A stretch of DNA of 64,000 bases from Limisphaerales bacterium (GCA_965657355.1 CBFHOE010000002.1:160001-224000), one strand, 5' to 3'; counted from the first letter of the stretch, positions 1 to 12,057 are shown. Numbers and translations are program-made. Notes: generated by a model from the letters alone, not told the origin.

Positions 1-642
1 GATACCTTGGTGATTTACATGGGAGATAATGGATTCATGTTTGGTGAACATGGTCTTATAGATAAAAGAGTTGCTTATGAAACATCCATCCGTGTTCCAA
101 TGCTGATGCAGTGCCCAGATTTATTCAAGGGAGGCTCTGTGGTTGAGCAGGTAGTGGCCAATATCGATATAGGTCCCACCATACTAGAAGCGGCAGATTT
201 AAAGACCCCATCACATATGGATGGGCAAAGTTTTATTAGTATTGCTCGAGGTGAAAAATCAAGCTGGCGCGATTACTTCCTTTATGTTTATTACTGGGAA
301 AAGAACTTTCCCCAATCCCCTACCGTTTTTAGTTTGAGAGGAGACCAATACAAATACATCACCTACTATGGTCTGTGGGATACAGATGAGCTCTACGACA
401 TAAAGAATGACCCAACCGAGTCGAAAAACCTTATCGCTCAGCCCAAATTCCGCGGTATTGCAAAGCAAATGGAGAATAAGCTCTACAGCATGTTGGGTGA
501 AAAAGGGGGTATGTTCATACCGTTAAATCAACCTCGAGGCAATTCGCAAAATAAAAGGCTGGGCTCACGTGGAGGTAAAAAAGCAGCTGATTTCCCTGCT
601 CCGCTAGTGGTGGACAAGCCCATAAATACGAATGCAAAGTGA
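1..642 (+). CDS. Sulfatase family protein, C-terminal part (5' truncated by window)
   Basis: Frame open from base 1 (DTLVIYMGDNG); motifs GDNG..GEHGLIDKR, YETSIRVP, IDIGPT, ELYD..DP.E..NL typical of sulfatases. Confidence 0.9.
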   Translation, partial: DTLVIYMGDNGFMFGEHGLIDKRVAYETSIRVPMLMQCPDLFKGGSVVEQVVANIDIGPTILEAADLKTPSHMDGQSFISIARGEKSSWRDYFLYVYYWEKNFPQSPTVFSLRGDQYKYITYYGLWDTDELYDIKNDPTESKNLIAQPKFRGIAKQMENKLYSMLGEKGGMFIPLNQPRGNSQNKRLGSRGGKKAADFPAPLVVDKPINTNAK

Positions 643-1203
643 TTATTGTATAAGTAGGAATCCATTTTTCACAAGTTTTGCGCTACGCCGTGGGAGCCTC
701 GAAATTTTCCGTGAATTATCGTAAGCACCCAAAAAACCTTACAAAGAGGGAAAACTATTTTATTTTCATTCAATAGAGACTCAGAATCGCCAACCCATTC
801 GGCCTCGGCTCTGCCTATATCTTTTTTGAGAATAGAATTTTATGATTTTTATGAGTCCCGAGGCTTAGAAAACAAATGGAATGACTTAATTCAAAATAAA
901 GGCACCTTTGCAAATATCATAAGGGCATTCAACCTTCCCCTTACTCATGTGCTGCCGAAACGGGACAGATAATCATGAAAAAAGTTGAATCAATGAGCAA
1001 CATCATAAATATATATGGTTTATATGCCGCATATGGGGTTAATTTTGCATGGATAAAAAAATATTTGGCTCAGAAAGTTGCCCAATTTGTTTTTTTTGCT
1101 TAACTAGTATAGGTAATAACAAGTTTTATGCGGTGCCTAATGAGGATTGCTGCTTTAGCTGGTAAAAAGATACGAAAAATTATAATTTAGATCTTATAAA
1201 TTC

Positions 1204-2340
1204 ATGGCAAGTTCAGATTCGGTAGCCGCAACAAAAGGATTAGAGGGTGTAGTAGCAGGGACGACCAAGCTGAGTAGCGTCAGGGGTCAGATTGGTCAAT
1301 TGATATACTGCGGATACGATATCAATGAGCTTGCCGGTAAGGCTAGCTATGAAGAAGTTGTCCATTTATTACACAGAGGGCACTTACCAAACCAAGATGA
1401 GCTCGATCAGATGAAGGCTCAGCTGGCTTCCTACCGAAATTTACCAGAACAAGTTATTTCCGTAATCAAAGCACTTCCGAAGGATACCCCACCAATGCAT
1501 GCCTTGAGAACGGGGGTATCCATGATGGCATGTTTCGACCCAGATAGAGACAACATCGAAATTGAATCGGCGCGCCAAAAAGCTTTAAAATTAATTGCTC
1601 AGGTGCCTGTTATCATTGCTTACTTTCATCGCCACCGTATGGGCCAAGAATTGGTGGCACCCGACCCATCACTTGGAGAGGCTGCTAATTTCCTTTATAT
1701 GATTAATGGTGAAAAGCCCGGGGATGAGATGGTAAATACAATGGATGTTTGTTATGTATTGCATGCTGACCACGGAATGAATGCTTCGACGTTCAGCTCA
1801 AGGGTGACCATAGCAACTTTAACGGATATTTACTCTGCTGTTACCTCAGCGATCGGCACACTCAAGGGGCCTCTGCATGGCGGAGCCAATGAAGGAGTTA
1901 TTAAGATGCTTCAAGAGATCGGCTCAACTGACCGCGTTGATGAATTCATAGCTGATGCCCTTGCCCAGAAAAAGAAAATCATGGGCATTGGCCATAGAGT
2001 CTACAAAACCCTCGACCCAAGGGCACCGCACTTGAAAAAAATGGCCAAAATCCTCAGCTCAAAACTAGGTGAAGCCAAATGGATAGATATGTCGGAGAGA
2101 ATTGCAGAGTTGATGCTCAAAGAAAAAAATCTCCATGCCAACGTCGATTTTTACTCTGCAACGGTATATTACTCTCTGGGCATTCCGACCGATCTATTTA
2201 CACCTATCTTTGCAATCGCAAGAACATCGGGGTGGACGGCACACATTCTCGAACAGTTGTCCAACAACAGATTAATAAGGCCAATGAGCGAATATGATGG
2301 AGTTGATGATCTTAAGTTCACTCCCATTGCTCAAAGATAA
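1204..2340 (+). CDS. gltA: Citrate synthase (short type; methylcitrate synthase not excluded)
   Basis: GLEGVV, HADHGMNASTF, GPLHGGANE, MGIGHRVYK..DPR, NVDFYS motifs. Confidence 0.9.
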   Translation: MASSDSVAATKGLEGVVAGTTKLSSVRGQIGQLIYCGYDINELAGKASYEEVVHLLHRGHLPNQDELDQMKAQLASYRNLPEQVISVIKALPKDTPPMHALRTGVSMMACFDPDRDNIEIESARQKALKLIAQVPVIIAYFHRHRMGQELVAPDPSLGEAANFLYMINGEKPGDEMVNTMDVCYVLHADHGMNASTFSSRVTIATLTDIYSAVTSAIGTLKGPLHGGANEGVIKMLQEIGSTDRVDEFIADALAQKKKIMGIGHRVYKTLDPRAPHLKKMAKILSSKLGEAKWIDMSERIAELMLKEKNLHANVDFYSATVYYSLGIPTDLFTPIFAIARTSGWTAHILEQLSNNRLIRPMSEYDGVDDLKFTPIAQR

Positions 2341-2400
2341 TTTCTCAAACCTTCTCGCTGAGCTTTAGCTCGATTTTGAGAGGTGACCAAATAACTTAAA

Positions 2401-3612
2401 ATGAATATTCACGAATACCAGGCTAAGGAAGTGCTGGCCAGTTTTGGCGTGGTCGTTCCACCAGGAAAGGCTGTATCAACGGCAGAAGAAGCAAAGCAAG
2501 TAGCTGAGAATCTCGCCAGCGAGGGGCACGCTAAATTTGTTATTAAATCTCAAATTCACGCCGGAGGTCGAGGTAAAGGAACATTTACCAATGGCTTTAA
2601 AGGTGGGGTCAAGCTATGTGACACAGCTGATCAGGCAAGTGAGATTGCAGGACAAATGCTTGGCAACACCCTGGTAACCAACCAAACCGGACCTGACGGA
2701 AAACAAGTCAACAAAGTTTTGATCGCAGGAGCAGAGGAGATTCTAAGCGAATTCTATCTGGCCGTTTTATTGGACAGGGCAAATTCCCAACCAGTCATTA
2801 TGGTTTCCACCGAAGGAGGAATGGATATTGAAGAGGTTGCCGAAAAAACACCCGAAAAAATTGTTAAAGAATGGGTAGATCCAGGCCTTGGACTCATGCC
2901 ATTCCAAGCGAGAAAACTCGCGAAGGCACTTGATTTAGAAGGTAAACTTATCAACCAAGCTGTAAAAATGTTCACCTCAGTTTACAAAGCTTGGTGGAAA
3001 ACTGATGGAGCATTGGTGGAAATCAATCCTTTGTGCATAGTCAAAAAACCCGACGGCTCAAAATCACTAGCTGCTGTTGATGCCAAGGTGTCTTTTGATG
3101 ACAATGCCCTATTCCGGCATAAAGATATTCAGGAATTAAGAGATATTACAGAAGAGTCACCATTGGAAGTAGAAGCCAGCAAATACGATCTAAACTATAT
3201 TAAGTTAGACGGTAACATTGCTTGCCTCGTAAATGGCGCAGGACTAGCCATGGCAACGATGGATATTATCCAATACTATGGTGGCTCACCGGCTAACTTT
3301 TTGGATGTCGGAGGAGGAGCATCGAAGGAACAGGTAACCGCTGCCTTTAAAATCATTCTTAGTGACCCAAATGTAAAAGGCATACTTGTTAATATTTTCG
3401 GAGGAATTATGCAGTGCGATATTATAGCCAGCGGTATTTTAGCAGCGGTCGAGGAAACAGGTCTCGAATTGCCACTGGTTGTCCGTCTTGAAGGAACAAA
3501 TGTCGCAAAGGGGAAAAAATTAATATCAGAATCAAACCTCGACGTTATTTCGGCAGACTCGTTATCTGATGCAGCGGAAAAAATAGCACACGCAGTCAAA
3601 AATAAATCGTAA
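2401..3612 (+). CDS. sucC: Succinyl-CoA synthetase beta subunit
   Basis: [48 protein letters not shown]. Confidence 0.98.
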   Translation: MNIHEYQAKEVLASFGVVVPPGKAVSTAEEAKQVAENLASEGHAKFVIKSQIHAGGRGKGTFTNGFKGGVKLCDTADQASEIAGQMLGNTLVTNQTGPDGKQVNKVLIAGAEEILSEFYLAVLLDRANSQPVIMVSTEGGMDIEEVAEKTPEKIVKEWVDPGLGLMPFQARKLAKALDLEGKLINQAVKMFTSVYKAWWKTDGALVEINPLCIVKKPDGSKSLAAVDAKVSFDDNALFRHKDIQELRDITEESPLEVEASKYDLNYIKLDGNIACLVNGAGLAMATMDIIQYYGGSPANFLDVGGGASKEQVTAAFKIILSDPNVKGILVNIFGGIMQCDIIASGILAAVEETGLELPLVVRLEGTNVAKGKKLISESNLDVISADSLSDAAEKIAHAVKNKS

Positions 3613-3647
3613 ATCCCTTAATCTCTAAATCACTATCCCAATTATAT

Positions 3648-4538
3648 ATGTCAATTTTAGTCAAACCAGATAGCAAGATTCTTATTCAGGGAATTACTGG
3701 AAGTTTCGGAGGAAAGCACACTCAGCTTAGTTTGGACTATGGTAGTCAAGTAGTAGCTGGCGTAACACCAGGAAAAGGCGGCCAGAAATTCAATGATGTT
3801 GTTCCCGTTTACGACACTGTTGGCGAAGCTGTCAGCGAAACAGGTGCAACGGTCTCAGCCATCTTTGTCCCTCCCCCATTCGCAGCGGACGCAATATTGG
3901 AAGCGGTAGATGCCGGAGTCGATCTTGTAGTAGCCATAACGGAGGGTATACCTGTCAATGATATGGTACAGGTCAAAAAAGCTATGAAGGGGTCAAATTC
4001 TCGCCTGATTGGCCCAAATTGCCCTGGAATTGTGGTCCCAGGAGAGGGGGAAGACAGCCATGGTGGATGCCGAATCGGAATCGCTCCAGGATATATACAC
4101 AAAAAAGGAAACATCGGCGTTGTTTCAAGATCAGGAACATTGACATATGAAGCCGTTTGGCAGCTAACGTCGCGTGGTGTTGGGCAATCTACCTGTGTTG
4201 GCATCGGTGGAGATCCGGTTAATGGGACATCTCATCTTGACGTCATAAAAATGTTTAATGAGGATCCGGACACGCATGGAATAATTATGATAGGTGAGAT
4301 TGGAGGGTCAGCGGAAGAAGAAGCTGCAGCGTGGATAAAAGAAAACTGCTCAAAGCCCGTTGCTGGATTTATTGCTGGAGCGACAGCCCCGCCAGGAAGA
4401 AGAATGGGACATGCTGGTGCTATTGTATCAGGCGGACAGGGAACAGCAGAAGCAAAGAAACAAGCTTTCAAGGAAGCCGGAATCGGCGTTGCGGAAACTC
4501 CATCAGATATGGCAGAAACCCTTTTGGCTATGATGTAA
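3648..4538 (+). CDS. sucD: Succinyl-CoA synthetase alpha subunit
   Basis: [38 protein letters not shown] (phospho-His); follows sucC. Confidence 0.98.
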   Translation: MSILVKPDSKILIQGITGSFGGKHTQLSLDYGSQVVAGVTPGKGGQKFNDVVPVYDTVGEAVSETGATVSAIFVPPPFAADAILEAVDAGVDLVVAITEGIPVNDMVQVKKAMKGSNSRLIGPNCPGIVVPGEGEDSHGGCRIGIAPGYIHKKGNIGVVSRSGTLTYEAVWQLTSRGVGQSTCVGIGGDPVNGTSHLDVIKMFNEDPDTHGIIMIGEIGGSAEEEAAAWIKENCSKPVAGFIAGATAPPGRRMGHAGAIVSGGQGTAEAKKQAFKEAGIGVAETPSDMAETLLAMM

Positions 4539-4664
4539 GGCCTCTTCACGCAGCGCGGCCACCCTTTATAGGAAGAATCCTTTTAATGGGGATTTCTACA
4601 ATTTTCACAACCGTGGTTGACCAAAGGTTCCTATGAAGTGATGATATCAGCCTTTCTCTGACTT

Positions 4665-5654
4665 ATGGAAAAACCATCTTCTGAACCATTAAACCGTCGT
4701 GGATTCTTAGGGCGGGCTGCAATTGCAGGAGCCACTTCTGCTTTTGCCGTATCCAGTGCTACTCCACGAGCCCATGCAGATCATCATTCTGAAAAGCCAA
4801 ATCACGGAATACCCGATTTTAAATACTGTTTGAACACCAGTACGATAAGAGGGAAAAAAATCCCTATTGCTAAGGAAGTGGGCATGATAGCGAGGGCTGG
4901 CTATGATTCAATCGAGCCCTGGATTAGTGAGATTCAAAAGCACAAAGAACAGGGTGGGAGTTTGAAAGACTTAGGCAAGCAGATCGCTGATCTAGGATTA
5001 ACAGTTGAGAGCGCCATTGGATTTGCCAATTGGATTAGCGATGATAAAGCCACCCGAAAAAAGGGATTGGAGAACGCTAAACGAGATATGGACTTATTGG
5101 CAGCAATCGGCGGAAAAAGAATTGCCGCCCCGCCTGCAGGGGCTTCGGGAAACAACTCCCCTACATTAAATCTCAGCGCGGCAGCTGAAAGATATGCGGA
5201 TTTGCTTGATGCAGGCAAAAATTCTGGAATCGTTCCACAGTTAGAGCTTTGGGGCTTTTCTAAAAACCTTTCAAAGCTTGGTGAGGTCGCGTATGTCGCC
5301 ATTGAGTCGGGACACCCGGATGCGTGTGTCTTAACCGATGTCTATCATATTTACAAAGGAGGCTCAGACTTTGAAGGCCTGAAATTTTTCGCGGGTAAAT
5401 CGTTAACAGTGTTGCACATGAATGATTACCCATCCGATCCCCCGCGTGAAACAATCGGTGATGGCGATAGAGTCTTTCCCGGTGACGGCATCGCCCCAAT
5501 TTCTAAGATACTCAGAACAATGCATTCAAATGGATTTTCAGGTGTCCTTTCACTAGAATTGTTTAACAGAACATACTGGGAACAGAATGCTGAATTGGTA
5601 CTTAAAAATGGTTTTCAAAAAATGAAAGCTGAAGTCAAAAAAGCCTTCAGCTGA
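4665..5654 (+). CDS. Tat-exported sugar phosphate isomerase/epimerase (xylose-isomerase-like TIM barrel)
   Basis: LNRRGFL Tat motif; ELWG, DVYH, HMND, LELF metal-ligand pattern. Confidence 0.85.
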   Translation: MEKPSSEPLNRRGFLGRAAIAGATSAFAVSSATPRAHADHHSEKPNHGIPDFKYCLNTSTIRGKKIPIAKEVGMIARAGYDSIEPWISEIQKHKEQGGSLKDLGKQIADLGLTVESAIGFANWISDDKATRKKGLENAKRDMDLLAAIGGKRIAAPPAGASGNNSPTLNLSAAAERYADLLDAGKNSGIVPQLELWGFSKNLSKLGEVAYVAIESGHPDACVLTDVYHIYKGGSDFEGLKFFAGKSLTVLHMNDYPSDPPRETIGDGDRVFPGDGIAPISKILRTMHSNGFSGVLSLELFNRTYWEQNAELVLKNGFQKMKAEVKKAFS

Positions 5655-5685
5655 AGGGATCCTGCTCAATAAAAAAAATTTTATG

Positions 5686-5714
5686 AGGAGCCCGCAGAAA
5701 ACGGCTCCTTTTTT
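5686..5714 (+). terminator. Intrinsic terminator between convergent genes
   Basis: AGGAGCC/GGCTCCT stem followed by T-run; A-run upstream suggests bidirectional use. Confidence 0.7.
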
Positions 5715-5725
5715 ATTCGCCTTTT

Positions 5726-7408
5726 TTATTCGAATAGGCTGGAAGCCAATTCCTTAGGTTCCTCATTTTTCGCCTCTGCTTTATTTAAAACAGATGTATC
5801 AGCAAGGTAGATGTAAATCCCAACCACAAAAACAATCAATCCTACTCCTAGAGGTTTCGCATATTTCCAAGGCGTTAAATCCACTGCTTTTGCATCCTGT
5901 TGGACCCAAGGTTCTTTTTCACCCGCTACCCTACTGATTATGAATAAAAACAGCACAGAGGCACCGAAGACGATTCCTAATAAGTGAAAGCCGTGGACTT
6001 GAGCAGCAATATCTATAAATGGAGGAACAAAATAGGCCAAAACAAGAACTAAAGTACTGGCTAATAACGCAATATTTGCAGCCCAGGCTGGCGTTTTCTT
6101 AAATAAAAATCCACCTAGAATAATTGAGAAAATTGGAATGAAATACAGGCCATTCATTTTTTGGAGATACCCGAAAATACTATCTTGTCCAGCAAGGAGT
6201 GGGGCTGTAGACATAGCTAGAATGGCGACAACTAAACCAACGATTTTCCCATTGTTGATGGTTTTTATATCTGAGGCTTCATCCTCGTTAATGAAATGTT
6301 TATAGACCCCTAATGAGAATAAAGTCGCAGTGCTGTTGAGAGCTGAATTAAAAGTACTCAAAATGGCTCCGACAATAACGGCTGCAAAGAACCCTGTTAA
6401 CCATCCTGGTAACACATCCCGGACAAGATTCGGGTAAGCTTGCTTAGACAGGTTTATGAACTCTTCATTGGTAAGGTCTCCTGCATTTGCCGCGTAAAGA
6501 TGGTATGCAATAATCCCAGGAATCACCAAAATCAATGGCGCCAGCACTTTAAAAACGCCGGCAATAAGTACTCCTTTTTGCCCTTCTTTTAGTGAGCTCG
6601 CGCCAAAGGTTCTTTGGATAATTTGTTGGTTAGTGGTCCAGTAAAATAAATTTAAAAGCAAAACCCCGGTAAATAGTGTGGAAAATGGGACTGATGAATC
6701 AGGGCCCCCGATAGAATTAAATTTTTCAGGGTGAGCCTTTTTCAATTCTGCCAACGCAGCGAATACACCTTCATCTGAAACAGCATTTAAGCCAAACCAG
6801 GTGACAACAAGACCTCCAACCAAGAGTCCAAAACCGTTAATTGTATCTGAAACAGCAACAGTTCTAAGCCCACCAAAAATAGCATATATCGACCCTATGA
6901 TTCCGATGAGCCAAACAACAAGCCACAATATTGTAGTTTCGTTTTCTATTCCTGTCAGACTTTGTAGATCGAGCATTCCAGACAATCCAGTAGCTCCCGT
7001 GTAGAGAACCATAGGGAGAAGAATTCCAGCATATGCAATAATAAAGATGATGCTGGTAATAGCTCGGGTGGTAGAGTTATACCTTTTCTCCAAGAACTCA
7101 GGAATTGTCGCGATTCCGCTTTTCAAATATTTTGGCAAAAAGAAGAGGGCCATGGCTACAAGTGAAGCCCCAGCTATTACCTCCCATGCGATAACTGCGA
7201 TCCCATCTTTGAAAGCATCCGCATTTAAACCAACAAGCTGTTCCGTTGATAAATTTGTCAAAAGAAGTGAGCCGGCGATAAACCCACCGGTGAGTGTTCT
7301 TCCAGCCAGAAAGTATCCCGTTGATGTGGAGTGGTCATCACTCCGTGTAATAAGCCATGTCAACACCCCAACCAGGGCTGTAAAGAAAAAGAAAGTTATT
7401 AAAGTCAT
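5726..7408 (-). CDS. Sodium:solute symporter (SSS, YidK-like); likely start ATG 7408
   Basis: GYFLAGR, NLSTEQLVG, TIPEFLEKRY, YWTTNQQIIQR, STFNSALNS; many TM segments. Confidence 0.92.
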   Translation of the reverse strand: MTLITFFFFTALVGVLTWLITRSDDHSTSTGYFLAGRTLTGGFIAGSLLLTNLSTEQLVGLNADAFKDGIAVIAWEVIAGASLVAMALFFLPKYLKSGIATIPEFLEKRYNSTTRAITSIIFIIAYAGILLPMVLYTGATGLSGMLDLQSLTGIENETTILWLVVWLIGIIGSIYAIFGGLRTVAVSDTINGFGLLVGGLVVTWFGLNAVSDEGVFAALAELKKAHPEKFNSIGGPDSSVPFSTLFTGVLLLNLFYWTTNQQIIQRTFGASSLKEGQKGVLIAGVFKVLAPLILVIPGIIAYHLYAANAGDLTNEEFINLSKQAYPNLVRDVLPGWLTGFFAAVIVGAILSTFNSALNSTATLFSLGVYKHFINEDEASDIKTINNGKIVGLVVAILAMSTAPLLAGQDSIFGYLQKMNGLYFIPIFSIILGGFLFKKTPAWAANIALLASTLVLVLAYFVPPFIDIAAQVHGFHLLGIVFGASVLFLFIISRVAGEKEPWVQQDAKAVDLTPWKYAKPLGVGLIVFVVGIYIYLADTSVLNKAEAKNEEPKELASSLFE

Positions 7409-7800
7409 TGGATTGGTCGGAAGATTACGAAACAAGAGGTCCCTTGTGAAGTGATTTCGTTCTTCTCTTAAAGTGCAATACACCATTTGAATGCAGGCTT
7501 AACTTCAGGCAAGCTCTTCCTGAAAGAAAAACCAGATCATACTCTGGCCAATCATTTCTGGTTACCACGTCTTTTTTGTATCTTAAAACGGCATCTCCAT
7601 AAACACGCTCCTTTGGCCATCATCATCGTCAACTGAATTAAAAAAACATTTCACGCGCTTTTTTTAATTAAAAGCCAAACGTGATACTTGACCGCAAGAG
7701 GGACAAGAAGTTAACAGGTAAGGTGTCCCCCTACTCTCGTCATGTTAGTGGTCAATCGACCAAAAATTTCAATGCAATCCTAAAATAGCTTTATGGAAAT

Positions 7801-9114
7801 TTAAAATACCAAAGGCTGTATCCAAGCCCTTTTCTTGTCTCCATCCCTAAGTGGTCTTTCCATATCTTTGTTGCTTTCTATCAAGCATCGCACATACAGC
7901 TCATCACCTTTGGGCTTATAATTAGCAAATTTGCCTTTGGTAATCTGAAAAATTTCTCCAATATCATCGCTGTATCTGTGGGTTATTCTTAGTGCATCAC
8001 CACTTGTCGTCCTGATTTTTTTGTTGGTCCGATCAAATCCTTTGCGCGTCCCTATAAATGTAAATGTAAATTCCTCATCCTCTTCAGCTTTCGGATGCAA
8101 TGATAAAGTTTTTGATTTTTCCCAGGTCATTTTTTTAATTTCGACTCCGGAAGAGGCATAGAAGTCGCCATTTTCAATGGCATTTATAATTTCGTTAGGT
8201 TCCAGCTTTGGTGATTTAACCATGATCCACCCCCTACCCGTGATACTTGCAGACCTAGATTCGGTAAAGTAATTGTGCGAATCATCCGTTGCGAGTCCAT
8301 ACATAGGTTTCATCCCTAATACGGCTAATCTCCAGGTTAGAATAATATCCCACATCTTTTCCGTGCTAGCGTGAATTTTATCACCTATATTGCGAACCGA
8401 GGGATGGCCATTGTAGACTTCAAAGAAATTCTCTCCTTCCACTTTCATAAGTTCTTCTGCAGTGACACCCCACCCAAAGTTGGGGTGATTGAGGTGGATA
8501 AGAATAGGTTGCCCGGTTTCTTTTCTCTGCTGAATAACGAGATCGACATTGTTTTGCATGACATCGAGGACGCTCTCCCCGGAAGCCGGCTTTATGACAC
8601 CCTGAAGATTTGATGCATTCATATGGATAGGAGAAGTCAAATATCTAGCTGTGATCTCTTCGCTGGGAATTAAGAGAAATCGACCATCCTGACTGAGCCT
8701 ATCTGAAAATTCCGAAAAAGTTTTCAATCTGATTTCTGTTTGCCCATTTCGGACCCTTTTTTCCACCCACTTATCGCCGAAGGTGCTGACATATCGCTTC
8801 ATGGCTTTTACGCCGCCTTTATTTTTCTCTGGGGATGTCCACCGTTCTGAATTTTGAAATATATTGTGATCGGAGAGAGCAAGGAAATGATACCCGTTGT
8901 CTTTATACCACTTGGCAACGACTTCCGGATAATCATCCCCATCTGACCACAAGGTGTGAGTATGCAAATTTCCTCGCCACCACTTATCGACCTCCTCTTG
9001 CCCACTCAAACACGGATTCAAAACAAATTGAAATAAAGCTACAAGGAATGTCGGACGCATCATATTTCTGGCTGTTTTTTTCATTGGAAATTGTATGTGG
9101 TTCAATTTAAACAT
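7801..9114 (-). CDS. Secreted PHP-domain metallophosphoesterase (start uncertain)
   Basis: GNLHTHTLWSDG, LSDHN, NHPN, DDSH; hydrophobic signal-like N-terminus. Confidence 0.8.
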   Translation of the reverse strand: MFKLNHIQFPMKKTARNMMRPTFLVALFQFVLNPCLSGQEEVDKWWRGNLHTHTLWSDGDDYPEVVAKWYKDNGYHFLALSDHNIFQNSERWTSPEKNKGGVKAMKRYVSTFGDKWVEKRVRNGQTEIRLKTFSEFSDRLSQDGRFLLIPSEEITARYLTSPIHMNASNLQGVIKPASGESVLDVMQNNVDLVIQQRKETGQPILIHLNHPNFGWGVTAEELMKVEGENFFEVYNGHPSVRNIGDKIHASTEKMWDIILTWRLAVLGMKPMYGLATDDSHNYFTESRSASITGRGWIMVKSPKLEPNEIINAIENGDFYASSGVEIKKMTWEKSKTLSLHPKAEEDEEFTFTFIGTRKGFDRTNKKIRTTSGDALRITHRYSDDIGEIFQITKGKFANYKPKGDELYVRCLIESNKDMERPLRDGDKKRAWIQPLVF

Positions 9115-9249
9115 CAGCGTTTAAATTGAAATCAAAAATAAATATTTTGTTTTCAAATAGTAACTGTTGAGTATGATCCGGCAAAGTTTCAGGTGACAGG
9201 TGTCGACCTGAATCGAAAAAATAGTCAGATCTTAAATCTTTGCTCCACA

Positions 9250-10746
9250 ATGGCTGAAGATCCAAACTACAAGTCTCGAATAAAGATTTTGAGAACAGGT
9301 ATTCTAGAGATGCAAGAATACCTGAAAAAGCAATCCATCAGCACCATAATTCTTGTCACTGGTTTTGATGGTGCCGGTAAAGGACAGATAATCCATAGAT
9401 TTAATGAATGGTTGGACCCTCGCACAGTCCAAACTCATTCGTTTTGGCATCATTCTGACGAGGAGCGAGATAGACCGTATTACTGGCGCTATTGGAAATG
9501 CATGCCACCTAAGGGGAAGACAGCTATTTTTTTCGGTTCCTGGTATGCCGACCTCATTGCAGGAAAAGTCTATGGGGAAATCAGCGAGGAGTCATTCCAC
9601 CTTCAGAAGCAAAAAATCCTTTTTTTTGAAAAAATGCTTACCATGGATGGTGTTCATCTCCTGAAATTCTGGCTTCATTTGACGCGAGAGGAGCAACTTT
9701 CAAAAAAAGAAGACCTTGAAAAAAACACCCAGTTCCATTGGAAAACGCAACCGGATGATTGGTTCAATGAGGGGCATTATCAAAAATTTTGGGAGGTATC
9801 AGAATCTGTATTACAGGCAACGGATCATGAGCGTGCTCGTTGGATAAGCATCCCGGCTGCGGACCCGGATTATAGAGATTACCTCGTTGCAAAAAAATTT
9901 GTAGAATCTGTCCAATTAGAAATTAAGGGAGACTCTGAGGCAGAGAATTTAAACCAAAGCCCAGCCCCTGTGCCAAACTCCTTTAGACCATTAGCCCATC
10001 CAAACGGAAGTAAAGAAGAACCAGCATCGAATATAAGTAAGGAGGAGTATGAAACTGTTTTGCCCGAGTTGCAGGAAAAACTTTTTAATTTGGCTTGGGA
10101 ATTCTATTACCAAAAGAAAACCGCCTTTCTTATATTTGAGGGGTGGGATGCCGCCGGTAAAGGCGGTTGCATCAGGCGAATAATTCAATCTATTGACGCT
10201 CGCCTTTTTGAAGTCATTCCAGTTTCAGCTCCAACCCAACAAGAGCATGATCAACATTACTTGTGGCGCTTCTGGAGGGATCTCCCAAGAGCGGGCAGAA
10301 TGGCTATTTTTGACAGATCTTGGTATGGACGAGTTCTGGTAGAGCGTGTAGAAGGGTTTGCCAAGACGAAAGAATGGCAAAGAGCTTATGAGGAAATCAT
10401 AGAGTTTGAGCACCAACTGATTTCTCCGGGAAATGTGATGCAAAAGTTTTGGCTAGAGATTTCACCAGAAACGCAGTTAAAGAGATTTCAAAAGCGACAA
10501 GATATTCCCTTCAAAAGATTTAAAATTGGACCAGAGGATTGGCGAAATAGAGGCAAGTGGGATGAATACCAAATTGCTACAGATGATATGATTCAAAAAA
10601 CAAGCAGCCAATCTGCCCCTTGGGCAGTAATCAATGCGAACAATAAAAAATTCGCTCGCATTGAGGTTTTAAAAATAATTTGCAAAGTTATGTCAGAGGC
10701 TCTCAATCCCGTTTCTAAGAAAAACAGTCCCACCACTGCCCCTTAA
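9250..10746 (+). CDS. ppk2: Two-domain PPK2, polyphosphate:AMP phosphotransferase type (ORF open from 9193)
   Basis: Two P-loops GFDGAGKG and EGWDAAGKGG; FDRSWYGRVLVERVEG; EDWRNR. Confidence 0.92.
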   Translation: MAEDPNYKSRIKILRTGILEMQEYLKKQSISTIILVTGFDGAGKGQIIHRFNEWLDPRTVQTHSFWHHSDEERDRPYYWRYWKCMPPKGKTAIFFGSWYADLIAGKVYGEISEESFHLQKQKILFFEKMLTMDGVHLLKFWLHLTREEQLSKKEDLEKNTQFHWKTQPDDWFNEGHYQKFWEVSESVLQATDHERARWISIPAADPDYRDYLVAKKFVESVQLEIKGDSEAENLNQSPAPVPNSFRPLAHPNGSKEEPASNISKEEYETVLPELQEKLFNLAWEFYYQKKTAFLIFEGWDAAGKGGCIRRIIQSIDARLFEVIPVSAPTQQEHDQHYLWRFWRDLPRAGRMAIFDRSWYGRVLVERVEGFAKTKEWQRAYEEIIEFEHQLISPGNVMQKFWLEISPETQLKRFQKRQDIPFKRFKIGPEDWRNRGKWDEYQIATDDMIQKTSSQSAPWAVINANNKKFARIEVLKIICKVMSEALNPVSKKNSPTTAP

Positions 10747-11022
10747 TGGTGCTCAAATTTTGAAATAATTACTGGCAATCAATCAGATCATAAAAAAGCT
10801 TTTTATTATAAATCACATGCCCCTTTTACGATCTGCCCCACTTTCTGAATAGATTTTAATCCCGGTTTGCGTTTATTTTCTCATGTCAGTGCCACATCAA
10901 AACTGCCCACCTTTTTATGCACCCAATGATTTTTAATATTTTTTCAAAAGCGTAGGATATATCTGAGTCTCCTGAATTATTATGAGCTATTTATTTGTTA
11001 AATTCTTGAAACATGAGGGAGA

Positions 11023-12057
11023 ATGGATTTGGATGGTGGCGATTCTATGAATAAAGCAAGAGAAGTGATATGCAGAGGGCTGCTTATGGCGGCGATGTGC
11101 CTAGGATTTTTAAATCAAGCAACTGCTTCAGATTTAGTGGAGGCATCACAACAATTCTTGGGGTCGCTTGATGAGGACCAGAGAGCCTTGGCTAGCTTTG
11201 ATTGGAAGAGCGAAGAAAGAAAAGATTGGCACTTTATTCCTAAGTCTCGGAAGGGGTTGCCATTAAAAGATTTAGCCCAGGATCAACAGCATTTGGCATA
11301 CGCTCTCATTTATCAGTGCATGAGCAAACGAGGCAGCCTCGAGTCGCTGAATATAATGTCATTTGAGCAAATTCTTTGGGAAAATGAAAATAAAGCTCCC
11401 CACCGTGATTCCTCCATGTATCACTTCAGTTTTTTTGGAAAAGTATCAGATAAAGGGCATTGGGGATTAAGTATCGAAGGTCACCACTTGTCGTTAAACT
11501 TTACTATATTTGACGGAAATATTATTTCCGCCTCCCCTTCCTTTTATGGAACAAATCCTGATATCATTTTAGATGGACCACGCAAAGGAAGTCAAATATT
11601 AGACCGAGAGCAACTCTTGGCGTTTGAGCTTCTCGATACTCTTTCTGTCAAGCAGAGGCAGATGGCCATCCCGAGCGGGAAAGTACCTAGAGATATTTTA
11701 ACGTCGGCTCAGCAGTCCGTAAACCCCATTGAGCCAAAAGGCCTCAAAATAACTAATATGAATGGAAAGCAAAAGCGTCTCCTTCACAAGCTCATTAGAG
11801 AATATGTTTTCCGACACGATAAAAAAATTGCAACAAAAGAATGGAAAGCCATACAGAAAGACATGACTGTAACTTTTACCTTTATAGGTAGCCCAAAACA
11901 ATTCAACCCGCACTATTACAGGATTCAAGGCAAAGAATTTTTAGTAGAATATGCCAACACTCAAAATGGTGCAAATCATGCACACGCTGTTTATAGAAGG
12001 TTTGATAATGACTTTGGAGCTTCGGCCTTGGCGAAACATCTCAGCGCCGAGCATTAA
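11023..12057 (+). CDS. DUF3500 family secreted protein
   Basis: WHFIP..RKG, EGHHLSLN, HYYRIQG, ANHAHAVYR..NDFG; signal peptide. Confidence 0.8.
   Translation: MDLDGGDSMNKAREVICRGLLMAAMCLGFLNQATASDLVEASQQFLGSLDEDQRALASFDWKSEERKDWHFIPKSRKGLPLKDLAQDQQHLAYALIYQCMSKRGSLESLNIMSFEQILWENENKAPHRDSSMYHFSFFGKVSDKGHWGLSIEGHHLSLNFTIFDGNIISASPSFYGTNPDIILDGPRKGSQILDREQLLAFELLDTLSVKQRQMAIPSGKVPRDILTSAQQSVNPIEPKGLKITNMNGKQKRLLHKLIREYVFRHDKKIATKEWKAIQKDMTVTFTFIGSPKQFNPHYYRIQGKEFLVEYANTQNGANHAHAVYRRFDNDFGASALAKHLSAEH

Noticed and set aside
643..1203. 560-bp gap before citrate synthase with a GCCTCGG/CCGAGGC pair
   Set aside because: Short stem with a long loop; no riboswitch or RNA family recognisable.
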